A stretch of DNA of 63,963 nt, filler included, from Thelocarpon superellum (GCA_026025795.1; 9 parts of 9 records of this genome joined end to end with filler, not necessarily neighbours in it); one strand, 5' to 3'. Counted from the whole stretch's first letter, positions 13,749 to 25,645 are shown. A program made the numbers and translations. Notes: generated by a model from the letters alone, not told the origin.

Positions 13749-14017
13749 TATCTCGCCATCGTGGTGTGGTCGCTACTCGTCACCTCTCACCTCCCACCTC
13801 CCACTCCTACCTCACACCCGATACCCCGTCGACTCATCACCTCCCTTCTCCTACTTTTTCGCCCTTTCATGATCTCCACATTCTCACGTCACTCTACCTA
13901 ACTATTGACCTACCATAATGTGTATGACGGATGGTGTTTACAATACAGCGAAGGACTCTTCAGCGGGTGGGCTATACAGCGGGAGGATTATACAGCGGGG
14001 ATCGGTAGGAAGGAGAT

Positions 14018-14086
14018 GGGATTGGAATGGATTGGATCGGATCGGATCGGATCGGATCGGATTGGATCGGATTGGATCGGATTGGA
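14018..14086. repeat. Pentanucleotide microsatellite (GGATY)n downstream of areA
   Basis: Seen directly: GGATC/GGATT array. Confidence 0.85.
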
Positions 14087-14814
14087 CTAGTCGGTCGGGG
14101 AGATGCATGGCGCCCGGAGTTTTTTCTTTTTTCTCCTTTTCTTTCCTTTTCTTCTTGTCCTTCATGCTCCATCCAATATCCGGTTCATCTATTTGCTCAT
14201 TTGTCCATTCATCCACCGTTGGGCATATCCATTTCCCACCTTTATCGTCATACCCATCATCATGCTCATTACCATACCCATTACCGTACCCAACATCATA
14301 GAGACGAAGAGTGGTGCAACATCATTAGGTGGCGAAGTGTTGTGTTTCATTGCGATGCGGGACGTTGGACGTTTGCACTTTGAATCGTTGGGTGTCGAAT
14401 ACTGGATGCGAATGTGGACGGCGGGTGTTGCACTGGACATTGGACGTTGGAAATTGGATATTCCACACGAACAACTAAATAGACCCGCACCGTGTGCGTC
14501 TCCTGGAGCACATCGTTTTAGGTACCATCCAAATGCAGGATTTGGTCATCGATGAAGGGGAGAAATGCAGAAGATTACCAGCTTGTTCTATAGATACGTG
14601 AAGCCCGCGAAGCTGGCTAAGCTGGTAAGCCATGTAAGATAAGGCGCATACACATACATTGTATGTACATAGTCAAGTGGATCTAGACCTGCAAAGACGG
14701 ACGCTCCCTACCCAAGCCTACCCACCAACCCAGCCCATACCCATTTCGTCTCTCGTAAGAAAGCAAACAGCACCGGCAGCAGCCCGAGTCCTCGTAACTG
14801 AATCACACGCGTCT

Positions 14815-15243
14815 CTATTCCCTCTCCGTCTCCTCCCCTCCGTCTCCTTCTTCCTCAACCAATCGCTCTCGTTGGCGGTCTCTCTCCTGCTCCCGCTGCC
14901 TCTCTTTTTCTCTTATCCGCTCTCGCTCCCTCTCTCGCTCTTGCTCTTGCTCTTCGCCTAACACTTTGCTTGCGGACATGAACCTGCGGCTTCCATCAGT
15001 GATCATCTACAATGAGGACGCCGTAAGCGGCGGAAAGATGACGAGGCGGTAGGGGGTTGAGAGGCGGGAAAGGAGGAGGGAAGGCGTGTGGGTAAACTCA
15101 CAAACTAGCATGCCAGGCACCCAAATCCCTCAGAAACTCCGCCTGCACCGCCGTCATCCGGCTCAGGTTTTCCAGATCCGCAAGCCGCGCCTGTAACTGC
15201 GCCAGCTGTGAATGCAGGTGGGCTAGTTGGCGCGGTTTGAGGC
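14815..15243 (-). CDS. HSK3: DASH/Dam1 complex subunit Hsk3, 5' truncated (intron 14984-15101)
   Basis: Manual translation gives KPRQLAHLHSQLAQLQARLADLENLSRMTAVQAEFLRDLGAWHASL|FMSASKVLGEE, matching my recollection of the fungal Hsk3 signature. GTGAGT..CTGAT..CAG intron. Confidence 0.8.
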
Positions 15244-15343
15244 NNNNNNNNNNNNNNNNNNNNNNNNNNNNNNNNNNNNNNNNNNNNTTAATTAATTAAN
15301 NNNNNNNNNNNNNNNNNNNNNNNNNNNNNNNNNNNNNNNNNNN

Positions 15344-15513
15344 CCCCATTCGCCCGCCTCGAGGGGAAATGTCTCGTTGACCTGTTCTAGAAGCTGGGCG
15401 ACGGTGGTGGAGCGGGTGGTGGAGCGGTCATCTTGGTTGCCGGTGCTCTTGAGCTTCCAGAGCACACTGGTGGAGGGCAGGCCGGGCCGATGGACGGCCA
15501 GGTACAGCCTCAT
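15344..15513 (-). CDS. N-terminus of a conserved Pezizomycotina protein, truncated by the contig edge
   Basis: MRLYLAVHRPGLPSTSVLW..TVAQLLEQVNETFPLEAGEW resembles a recurrent fungal N-terminal ubiquitin-like domain. ATG at 15513. Confidence 0.55.
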
Positions 15514-15978
15514 CGTTCCGTCATGCTACGGACCCTGAGCTGGTTCGATCATCGAGCAGGGTGTGCATGGTCGACGTGGGTGAACATGTCACGAAGAGAG
15601 GTGGGGAGAAAGGCAATTGTACGGTGGGCGGGATAGAGTTTGATACTGCGCCGATGAAGTACGAGTGTCCCTGACGGGTCTCCAGTCAAGCGTGCACAGT
15701 CACGCGAGCTGCTCATTGGACGATGCACGGTTGATTCTGCTTGCAGAGCCCACTTTCTCTTGTATAGCTACCGCGTATGAACCGTGCCTGAGCAGGAAGA
15801 ACTTACCATACACGACGGATACTTTTACTTGAACACAGCCCCTGTTCAGCACGCGATAGAGCAAGGAGAACACCTATCCCTCAACCGCCCGCCATAGCCT
15901 CGCCTCCAAAAGACATCGTACATCGTACATCGCGAATATAGACACATCAGGCCCCTGCAGATGAAAAGGCACCAAGTC

Positions 15979-17150
15979 TTATCCCAGGGCCCTGTCTTCC
16001 GACCAATGCATTCCATGTTGTACTTGAATGGATCCCAATGGGATCGCACTCTCAACATCCTTCTCCCGAGGCTCGGCTTGCACATCTGCGACGAAAGCCG
16101 TTCGGGATTCGTTGGCAGCTTTCTGTTGGCCTTGCGCATGCTGATCGGATTTCGACGTATGAGTCCCGTACTTGTTTCGTTTGGACGACGTCCAGGATCG
16201 AAAGGGAGAAACCCAGCGCACGACAAGAGCTCTGGTCGTAGGCAGGCAGGCGGTGATGCAGGCAATGCAGATCTCCAGCTGCGTCCAATTGCCCGCGTTG
16301 GTATCCGCCCCTGTTTCTGGTCAGCGATGGGTTGCAAAGGAGCACAGGACGCTCACATGTAAAGTCTGGATCCACCAGTTCCTTGATTGTGGTCGTGCGT
16401 ACAATGCTGATGGCGCAAACAAGTCCCCCCGCCATGAAGATCAACATGAGGCCGAATTTCTGAGCGCGGGTGATCTGGAGAGCCCAGACAATGGGCATGG
16501 GAAAGACGTAGATGAAAACGTCCGTAATGACGTTGAAGATGTTCTCCGAGATGTACAGCGCATATGTATTGTCACACTGGCCCTCGGCCCCTGCGGCCCG
16601 GGTCCAGAAGTACTGGACAGGAGCGCACTGGGCCAACATGGCGAAAAAGTAGGCAACGACCCATGCCACGATGACGCTCATGAGGATGAACAAGATCGTT
16701 CTCGTTCGAGGGTCGATGGCGAAGACGCGCTTGTAGAAGAATAGGATGGAGAGCTTGACGGCGCCAATGTCAAGGATATAGACCAAGTTCCACGCGTACA
16801 GGAGCTAGGCAAGTCTAGTCAGAGAGCCATCTCGCTGCAGGCTTGAGGCTACACTGTACCTTCAAAGCCTTGACCCGGTCTTCGATGGGCACCTCGGTGA
16901 TGTGCAATCCCAGGCCATAGTGCCATATATAGACGTTGAAGGCACAGAGGGTCCAGATACAGACGAGTGCAAAGACGATCAAGTAGTCATCCGTCGCCCA
17001 GCCCACACGCTGCACTTGTCTCAAGATCAGTCGACCAGCGACGGCAAAGGTGGCCAACGCAGGTAGAATGGTCGAGAAGCGTACAGTCTCACTTCCGCCT
17101 GGGTTATTGATGTAGCCAGGGGTGGGGGGCGGTGGAGGTGGAGCAGCCAT
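15979..17150 (-). CDS. PTH11-like (fungal rhodopsin domain) seven-TM integral membrane receptor, no CFEM domain (2 introns)
   Basis: DDYLIVFAL, YGLGLH, KLSILFFYKRVF, QCAP..FW..C, NVITDVFIYVFPMPIVWALQI and W..LEICIACITACLP family motifs. Confidence 0.9.
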
Positions 17151-19089
17151 GACGGTCCAAAGACGCAAGAACTGCTTGCTGGGAAAAGCATGATCGCGGA
17201 GGCGGACATGCGACGCTGTTTAAAACCACGCGATCGAGCTCGTGCTGCTGCTGCTGCGGCTGCTCCAGTGTACAATACTACACTCACTTTGGGATGCAGC
17301 CCACGACTCCGAACTCACCTTGATGGTTGTCAGAGAGAAGATCGGGACCACTAGTCGAAGCGAGCGTGGGCGTGCCCTGGAGGATTAATCCCGGAAGATT
17401 GATGAATTATGACGTCGGCTAGCTGGTTGGAAGGACAGTCACAGCTCACGACCAAATGCGATTCGTTGATTGACGTCATGGCCGCCATTCAGGACGGGAA
17501 GAGACGGGAAGAGGATGGAGACGAAGACATGGCTGGGCTGCCGCCAAAGCGTTTGGTGTACCCCGCAAGCTTGCGAATCCACTACTCGCACTACGATAAT
17601 GTTAGTATCTATATACAAGGACCGTCTTATCTGGAGGACATCTACCTCTTGGTCGGCAGCTGTATTATAGGCGTGCATGAAGCTTTGGCCGTTCCACGGT
17701 CATCGTTTCTTGGCGACTTGGCTGACATGCTGGGACTGCGCTAGGCCGCGCTCCCGGCCGCACGGACAGCCGCCACCAAGTCATAGGCGGCAGAGGCAGG
17801 TTCAGAGTCAAGCCACCCGATCAGTGGAGGCGGGCATGCCCTACGAACAATCATGGCCTTTAATCTGCTGGTGTGAGATCGACGATTGACGACCACATGC
17901 AGTGATGTCGGTGGCAGCTGTACCAGGTAGGCCTCACGGAATACTCGAACATCTGTGTGGTTTAGAACCCTGACTACGAGTACAGCTTCTGAGGACGGCA
18001 CGGACATTTCAGTCGCGCTCTCTCTCTATGGAGACCCGAGACGAGGTATCAATTGGCAGGCTGACGGTGCTAAGGCATCAAGGCAGACTGCATGGATGCA
18101 GTCGGCCATAACAATGTGTCCGAGCGGGCGTGTCTGTCAATTACACGCACTCGGTTAGTCGCCATTGGATCAATGACATTCCTTGCCGATGGTTCTGGGA
18201 GAAGATTGAACTCAAGCCGCCGTGGTGGATGTAGTGAGAGCTAGATCGAGCTTGAGATTCCAATCAAGCTGTCCCGTCTCTGCATCACAGACAGTCGTTG
18301 TGCCAGGAAGCGGACGGATCGGCCACGGTGAATTTGTGGTCCGGTAGCGATGATCTGCAAGCGGTCAGTTGACGTTAGCTTGGAGCACTTTCGTGGTGAC
18401 ATGACGGAGATCCTGGAAGTGGTGGGTTGTTCTACGGAAGCCGTGGAGTGTCCTACGACCAACAGACAGTGAGGACTTCGTCATGTGGGCGGTAATTCCG
18501 GCAGCTGCCACTGCCATAAACCATCTTCTCCAGTAGAGTCACCTCTTTCATCACCCTACCCTTGTCTGATCCCAGCGCACATTACGAGTACGCCTGCACC
18601 TAAGCCTCGACGGTTCTGGTTTCTTGCCAGGCATACTAACGAAAGCGGACAGAAAAGGAGGGCTGGGAGAGCGTCGATGGGAATGACGCCCATCTTCTGA
18701 CACGGAGTGGTGGAGTGGGAGGCTGCGGCCACAGGCTTCGCCGTCGTCTGGGTCTCGTGGCGGTTTCCATGATCCAACACAGGCTCGACGGGCGCGTCGA
18801 CGCGGCCGTCGAAGCAGGTTTCAGGAGGGATGGGTGGGCAGAGCACCCGGTACTCGTCCAGCTGAGGCTCGCGCGAGGACTCGCGCGGGCCGCTCAGTAC
18901 ACCCAGCTAGAGCGCCGAGGGTGCTTTCGACTTTGGTACGATCTACGCGCGCTTATAGTACAGCATGACGGTACGGATGCCGCCAAATACGCAACAACTA
19001 CCACTCTGGGTCTATCTATCCGCTCAAGCCAGTGCAGCTGGTGCACGTTCTTCATGATCTGACTCCAACCTTCAGCCTAACTTCATTCG

Positions 19090-20058
19090 TTATGCAGGCC
19101 TCGAGTGCGATGTGTCTGAACTAGTCTGGTGCCTCTTCAAGCCCCCGTTTCTGTCTGCTATTCGCCTGCCGGGGCGAGGATGAGTGCCATTGGTCAGCAG
19201 CGCCTTCTCTTCATCGTTGTCCAGCATCGTCCCCTCGATGCTCAGAAAGCCCTTCTCGCGGTCGAACGAGGTCACCACGTCGGCGACTCGGAATCTGATT
19301 GTACCCCGGATCCTCTTCCCAGCACCATCCCGATAGAAGCCTTCCCCACGCTCCTCCTCCGGCGCATCGGCGTCGGGCAGATCTTCGGCATCGCCACGAG
19401 ACGGGCTTGACACGTCTCCGCCGGCCGGGATCCAGGTCCAGTCGGAGGGCAATCTCATGCGGCCGATGCTCGCGTTGAAGAGATTCCAACACACTAAGCC
19501 AACGTGACCCTCGTTTTGCAGATTGACGTAGCCCTCGATCCACTCTCCTCGCTCCGGCTGGAAGAGGAGGAACTCTGCCGTCAGCCACACAAAGCTCGCG
19601 GCTGATTCGTCCACGCATCGGGACAGGACGGGGCGTGGCTGAGGTGTGGCTTGTGGCAGCGGCCGTTCCGACAGGCGCGCATTGCTGTAGGACAAGATGA
19701 TGCCGTGGAAAGGAGAATAGTAGGTGAGGATCAGGGGCGAGAGATGTTCCGCACAGAGACCCTCGAGCGGGTGAAGTTGAGAGATGGGAGAGAGCGAGAG
19801 GTAGAGCGACGACGTCTGGACATGAAAGGGAGAATCAAGTGGGGGCGCCACGACGGTCGTAGTGGCGGGCGAGGTGACTTTATGGGAGGTGAGGTGAAGG
19901 TGAGCTTTCTTGGAGGGAGAGGTCTCTTTGCCGTGGCTGCTGTCCCGCTTCCGCTTCTTGCCCGTGAACTTGGGCTCGTCATCTTTTGCACGTTCCCGGC
20001 TGGATCGGTCCTTGTGCTTCTTCGCCCGCTTGGGCGTTGGCTCGTGATCGAGAGACAT
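19090..20058 (-). CDS. RPA43: RNA polymerase I subunit Rpa43
   Basis: SSLYLSLSPI..EHLSPLILTYY..GIILSYSN, FVWLTAEFLLFQP..EGYVNLQNEGHVGLVCWNLFNASI and FLSIEGTML. Basic N-terminus. Confidence 0.88.
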   Translation of the reverse strand: MSLDHEPTPKRAKKHKDRSSRERAKDDEPKFTGKKRKRDSSHGKETSPSKKAHLHLTSHKVTSPATTTVVAPPLDSPFHVQTSSLYLSLSPISQLHPLEGLCAEHLSPLILTYYSPFHGIILSYSNARLSERPLPQATPQPRPVLSRCVDESAASFVWLTAEFLLFQPERGEWIEGYVNLQNEGHVGLVCWNLFNASIGRMRLPSDWTWIPAGGDVSSPSRGDAEDLPDADAPEEERGEGFYRDGAGKRIRGTIRFRVADVVTSFDREKGFLSIEGTMLDNDEEKALLTNGTHPRPGRRIADRNGGLKRHQTSSDTSHSRPA

Positions 20059-20504
20059 TGAATGATACAGGGACAAGTGACGAGCGGCGGTTCAATGTAT
20101 TGCCCGTCTGGTCGAACACCATCGTCCTCGTTGGCGGTATGCATTCGCCGCGCATCGTAGTTATTTTCGCCCCACGTACTTCGTACGACCGTGCGGCAAG
20201 TGCCGACGAGTGGTCCAGCTTGAACGGTGGCAGGTCCACGGGTGACAATCCCCGATCCAATCGGCGGCTAAGCGCCAACACGGCGAGTCACGCTCGGTGC
20301 TGTCACGTCTGCCGTAGCTTTAACATACTGCTCGAGGGGTCGCTTCAAACGAGACCCAATAGTGAAGAGTCTCGCCAAGGTGGCATCACGGCCCACTCCA
20401 CGCCCAGGAGGCGCCATGCGCAATGCGCCGATCCGCCATCGTCTGACTTTGCCCTTAACGTGACGGCTTCACACTGACCAGATACTCATCAGTTGGCGCC
20501 TACC

Positions 20505-21821
20505 ATGGCATCTAACCTGCTCTCTTTTGTGGGCTGGACCTTTCTTCCAAACGTGAGTGTGCGTGGCGGCGGCGTGGGACGAGCATGACTGAGCCGGGCG
20601 CAGATGGTGACCGGATGGGTCCAATCCATATACTACGGCATCAGCATCCGGGCGGGTGAGCCCAAGCCTCCTCCCGGTTCACCTCGATACGTCAAACATC
20701 GACGACGGATCAACATCCTGGTCATCGCCGTCTACCTCCTCTACACCATCTACGAGGCGGACTGGCAGATGCGCCGCGCCGGCGACTTCTACAGCGACCT
20801 GGGCGTGACGCCGGCGGTGGAGGACCGGGTGATCAAGTCCAAGTTCCGAAGACTGTACGTGGGGCTCTGGTGGCGGCTCGAGGACATGAAAGATAGACGG
20901 AGGTTGACCATGGGACAGCGCGGCGCTCCATCATCCAGACAAGGTGGCCTCGACCGAGACGGAGGGATCATCCGACGCCGTTTTCGTGCACCTCCGCCTG
21001 GCACAAGACACGCTGCTCCACCCCGTCAAGCGATTTGCCTATGACCGCTTCGGGCCGGACATTGTCGAATGGCAGCATTGCCTGACGGTGCGCGACTACC
21101 TCCTCGTGGGCCTGCAGGGCATCATCCCCTTTTACGCCGGGGCGGGCCTGGTCATGATCGTGTTGGGAATGCTAGGCTATCTCGAGTGGGGTCGTTACGT
21201 ACGTGCTCCCTCCCGTCTCCACTCTCATGAAACGCCTCCCTGACCAGACCGCTGCTTATCCAGTGGCGATACGTATCCTTTGTGGGCCTGCTCGTCTTCG
21301 AAGTCTTTGCCCTGACGCGGCCCTACTTCCCACCCATCACCAGCAAAGTGGTCGACCCAGCGCTCTCATTCTTCTCATCACACACCGTCTACCTCCCCTT
21401 CCAGCAGATCATCTTGGCGCGCAAGATTCTCTTGACGCTGTTCATTGCCTTTTCGCAGCTCGGCCCGCTTCTCCAGTCCCCGTCCACCTCATCCTCCGTC
21501 TCCTCCAACACCGCGACGCCCGGCCTACCGCCCTCGAGCAACGGCCCGGCGCCGAGAAACGCCGAAGAAGCCCTGCAGACGCAAATCACGCGCCTCGGCG
21601 CGCTTAGCAAGGCCACCGACACGGAAGCATCACGACTGCTCGGCCTCGACATGGCCCCGTTCGCAGGCGACGAGGCGGCGCTCGCGGAGCTCCGTGGTAG
21701 GTTGAAGGAATGGCTGGTGCAGAACACGATACGCTCTGATCGCGAGGTTCGTGATGCTGTGGGGACCGTGCTGGCCAGGCGACGCCAGCACGCGCCGCAT
21801 GGTGCGAGGGGGACGCTTTGA
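20505..21821 (+). CDS. Membrane-associated DnaJ (J-domain) chaperone, 4 exons
   Basis: DFYSDLGV..IKSKFRRL|AALHHPDK..RFAYDRFGP J-domain with HPD motif and flanking TM helices. Divergent from RPA43. Confidence 0.88.
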
Positions 21822-22141
21822 CCTTCCCTGCAAAGCGTGGGGCGCGGTGTGGTTTGCTTGACGTTGTTTTGGTGTTGGCGTTAGTGTTGGTGTTGTCATG
21901 ACATTGGCGTTGCGTTGAAGATTGGAAAGCGCACTGCGGTCCTGGAAGTTATCATCGTCAGATAGAAGTAGAATACAAAGAACAACAAGCCCCTCCATCC
22001 CTTTCCCTATCCCCACCCCCGTTCCTATCTCTATCAAGACCCCATGTAGGGAACATGGGCATGAACATGAACAGCGCGGGAGGTCTCTAGAAATGCGTAT
22101 GTAGTGTCCAGTGTTCAACACCACCGCCACCGCCACCTCCT

Positions 22142-22854
22142 TCAAACACGCGAGTCCCACAACATCCAGATATCCCCCATCTCACCAAACGCCTCCATCA
22201 TCGTCGTGGCGTAGCCGAATCGCGCGACGGCGTCGTGGCCAAACTGGCCCTCCAACATTCCCCGTCAGCAGCAGGTCAGTAGGTAGGTGGGTCGGTGGGT
22301 AGGTGAGTCTGGCAAGAAGGGTTCGCGCACGCCACGCACCTTCACTCTCAGAATGACGAGTATCACCCGCACGCCTGACAGGACGCGCTCACGCGTTGGA
22401 CGACAGCTAAGGTCTGCCATTGTGGGGTCGTCGTACTTCCTCCGTCAGCACGAGGGATGCAAACACATCTCATTGAAGGAGAATCTCTGACGAGGGGAGA
22501 GTGAGGACAGAGACAGTCGGAGAAGAACCGGGCAGAGAAAGAAGGTCAAGTCAGGAAACCTACATATTCCGCCATCTCACTCCTCATCCGCAACACCTCA
22601 ACCAAGAGCAGGTTCATGAGGAAGTTATCGACGAGCGTCATCGTCGCATGGGCGGTGTTGGTCGATGCAGCGGTACGGTCGTTGGTGCGAGCTGGGCGGG
22701 CGGCGCGAGATGGACGAGCGCCACGCGCGCGACGAGGCACGGCCGCAGGACGAAGCGTAGCGGACGGCGGGGTCGAGCGCGCAGCCCTCGTGGAGGAACG
22801 CAAGCAACGAGACGTGGCAGCCGGAGGCGGAGGGCAACGGGTAGAAGACACCAT
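22142..22854 (-). CDS. Putative orphan protein of about 162 aa, 3 exons (22564-22854, 22340-22435, 22142-22243)
   Basis: Two phase-0 introns with GTAGGT/GTGCGT donors and CTGAC branch points join an open frame. No recognised domain. Confidence 0.4.
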
Positions 22855-23137
22855 CGTGAGATTGCTCGGAGNNNNNNNNNNNNNNNNNNNNNNNNNNNNN
22901 NNNNNNNNNNNNNNNTTAATTAATTAANNNNNNNNNNNNNNNNNNNNNNNNNNNNNNNNNNNNNNNNNNNNCCGATCCAGGCCACCATCCAGCATCCCCC
23001 AACTCCTCGTACATTTCTCACCCGCTGCGCCGCTCGCCCTCCGTGAACTCGTGACTCATGACCGTCACTTTCTCATTTCGATTCCCGTTTCGTGGCTCTT
23101 TCTCTCTCTCCGCATCCGCCGTCTGGGTGAACGTCAT

Positions 23138-24370
23138 TCAAGGACCTTGAGTCTGATCCCACATGCCGCCCAGCAGACCCGGGAAGCTGGGATTCCGCCA
23201 GTCGCTCCAGTTGGCATTGAGCAAACCCCATGTCTCTTCCGCCGCAATGTTGCCCTGACGAATGTAGTAGCTGCCCTGAAGCGCCCAAACGGCCCAGTCG
23301 GCATCGTTACCGGTCAAGTAGTCGACGACGCAGCTGATCCAATCCGTGTCGGGACTGCCCACGTCGGTCCCGAACTCGCTCATCCAGAGCGGGCCGGTGT
23401 AGGATTGACCGGAGGTCAGCAAGTAGCCGGTCTGGCCGCCAATCACTCCCTTCACGAAGTTGCAGTCACCGATCGGGTACGAGGTCTTGTACCAGTGAAA
23501 CTCCCAGACGACGCGGTTCGGGAAGGCAGATCGGTCGAGCGGGTTCTTGCCAAGATAGCTCATGTCCGTCGCATAGTTGAGCCCGCCGATGACGATCAAC
23601 AATTTGTCGTTGGCCGAGTGGATGGCTTGCGCGCCCTTCTCGACGTTGGTGTACCAGTCGTCGGTATCGTAGGACAGAGGGCGGAGCTCATTCCGTAGCG
23701 ACATGGCAATCACGTTTGGCTGCGTGGCGGAGAAGGTAGCCATGGCCTTTAGCCCGTTGACCCAGTTGGGGATGTCGAAGTACTTGGAGTCGATGTCAGT
23801 GGTGGAGCCATCCGTGTCGAACCAGCCGTTGCCATCGTTCAAGGCGCAACACCACATGGCCTTGGAGACGTGGTTGTCGAGGATGACTTTGACCCCCTTG
23901 CTGTCCAGCGACTGGATGACTTTCTCAAAGGTTTCGAGCACCGTCGAGCTGGACAGCCAAGGGTTGTTCTGCACGGCTTGCTGGTAGAGACCGTGCAGTT
24001 GGTCGGCATCGACGTTGGCGGCCACGGCGGCAGCGGGGAAAGAGTCCGAGACGGCAAGGTCGGGGTTCAAGGCCATGTCGATGGAGTAGGTCAGACGCAC
24101 ACAGTTGAAGTTGTTCTTCGCAATCCACGACGTGATGGCATCGACCGGTTGGTGCTGCAGACCTTCGGGGATATTGGTCTCCATGTGGCCCGCCCAGTTG
24201 ACGCAGCGAAGCTTTACCCGCTTGCCATTGCTGTCCACAATCCACCGATCCGACGTGGTCAACGGCCCATCCGGGATCGTCGAGACGGCGAGCGGGGCAT
24301 TGCTCGCCGCGGGAAGGGCCACAACCGCGCTCGCCGCGAGCAGCCAAAGGCTGGCGAGTCGGAAGAGCAT
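23138..24370 (-). CDS. Secreted glycoside hydrolase family 5 (GH5_11/GH5_16-like), intronless
   Basis: Signal peptide MLFRLASLWLLAASAVVA, RVKLRCVNWAGH, LDNHVSKAMWCC, acid/base SLRNELR, nucleophile WMSEFG and WAVWALQGSYY. Confidence 0.92.
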   Translation of the reverse strand: MLFRLASLWLLAASAVVALPAASNAPLAVSTIPDGPLTTSDRWIVDSNGKRVKLRCVNWAGHMETNIPEGLQHQPVDAITSWIAKNNFNCVRLTYSIDMALNPDLAVSDSFPAAAVAANVDADQLHGLYQQAVQNNPWLSSSTVLETFEKVIQSLDSKGVKVILDNHVSKAMWCCALNDGNGWFDTDGSTTDIDSKYFDIPNWVNGLKAMATFSATQPNVIAMSLRNELRPLSYDTDDWYTNVEKGAQAIHSANDKLLIVIGGLNYATDMSYLGKNPLDRSAFPNRVVWEFHWYKTSYPIGDCNFVKGVIGGQTGYLLTSGQSYTGPLWMSEFGTDVGSPDTDWISCVVDYLTGNDADWAVWALQGSYYIRQGNIAAEETWGLLNANWSDWRNPSFPGLLGGMWDQTQGP

Positions 24371-25645
24371 CGTCACGACACGAAACAGAGCACTCAGGGA
24401 GAGAACTGTCTTTTCAGGCGAAGGAGGAGGGTAGAAGAAACGCAAAGCCACTTCAGGCCCAGTGACGAACGCACGCGCAGGTACGCCCAATTTTAGGAAG
24501 CTGAAGAGTCAAACTTGATCAAGTGGAAAGGGACCATGGGTCCTTTAGTAGGCACGACCGGGCCATCCTCTTCAACGGCTATATCGGCCCGCGGCCCACG
24601 ATATCATCTTGTGGTCGTGGAGCGACGGAAGCCTGTGACAGAGAAGTTGACGAAGCCGCTGACTTCTCCCTTCTCCTGCAACGCCCACGATCTAGTGACT
24701 GAAGAAGGTCGGTTTTGCCAATGAGAAAGGAAGGTGTTGATCCGTGGCGCGCGGCGGAGCGCGGGGCCGGGGACTGGTCTGATCTTTAGGGACCGGTGGA
24801 CACCACGGAGCCGGTCCAGTCTTGTGCCGGGTGGTGGGACCGGACCCGGTCCGCCGGTGCGGGCTGCGGGCTGCGGGCATGGCGATGCAGATGAAGTGGG
24901 CATCGCGGATCATGTCCGTCTTGGACAGGAACGGGAGCGAGGCCTGTTTCATCTGGGCGGGAACTTTCCATCGCGCCAGCGAGGGGGAGCTTCATGCATG
25001 AGGAACCTAGAAGGAGCAGGGGACGCACGGGCTCGTGATTGTATCAGTGGTTTCGTGGGCGGACGAATCAATACTGCACAGAGCAAAGACCGCTCCTCCG
25101 CCAAGCTAAGACCTACATTCGATCTTACGCCGCGCTCCTACCACATCCTGTCCCCGCCAGACGTCAGAGCGCTCAAGTCAGCTCTATGTCTATCGAGCCA
25201 TGGCACAATGAGGCAGAGCATCCCTCGGCACAGCACCAGTCCTCCTCTTAGAGCTCGCTCGCTCACTCGCGGTCGCGGGAACTCAGCTTGATTGCAGCGA
25301 TGTGGCCGGGAGTCTGGAACGCCTCGCTGGTCCCTTCGAGTAAGTCCCCTCCGAAGCTCTCCTCGCCACTTGCCTTGTCGTCCGATAGGCTTTTGGAAGC
25401 GACCTCGATCCGACGGGAACGATTGGCATAGGACCGGGATAAGAGGGGTCGTTTGAGGACGAGGTTTCTGACTTGATCCGACATCCGGTCCGGATTTGAG
25501 TTTCGCCTTTCGGCCGTGGATGCTTGAATCTGGCATGTCGGCCCGTGCGTGCGTGCGTGCACATGCTTCTCCACATCTTCTACTGTTCTTCTGCACAGGA
25601 CTGTCCGTTGCTCTTTGTTTCCAAGGCTGCGTTGAAGATAGATGG

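Noticed and set aside
17409..17744. 111-aa ORF in the PTH11-RPA43 intergenic region
   Set aside because: No recognisable domain or convincing splice context. It may be a relic, but I cannot support it.
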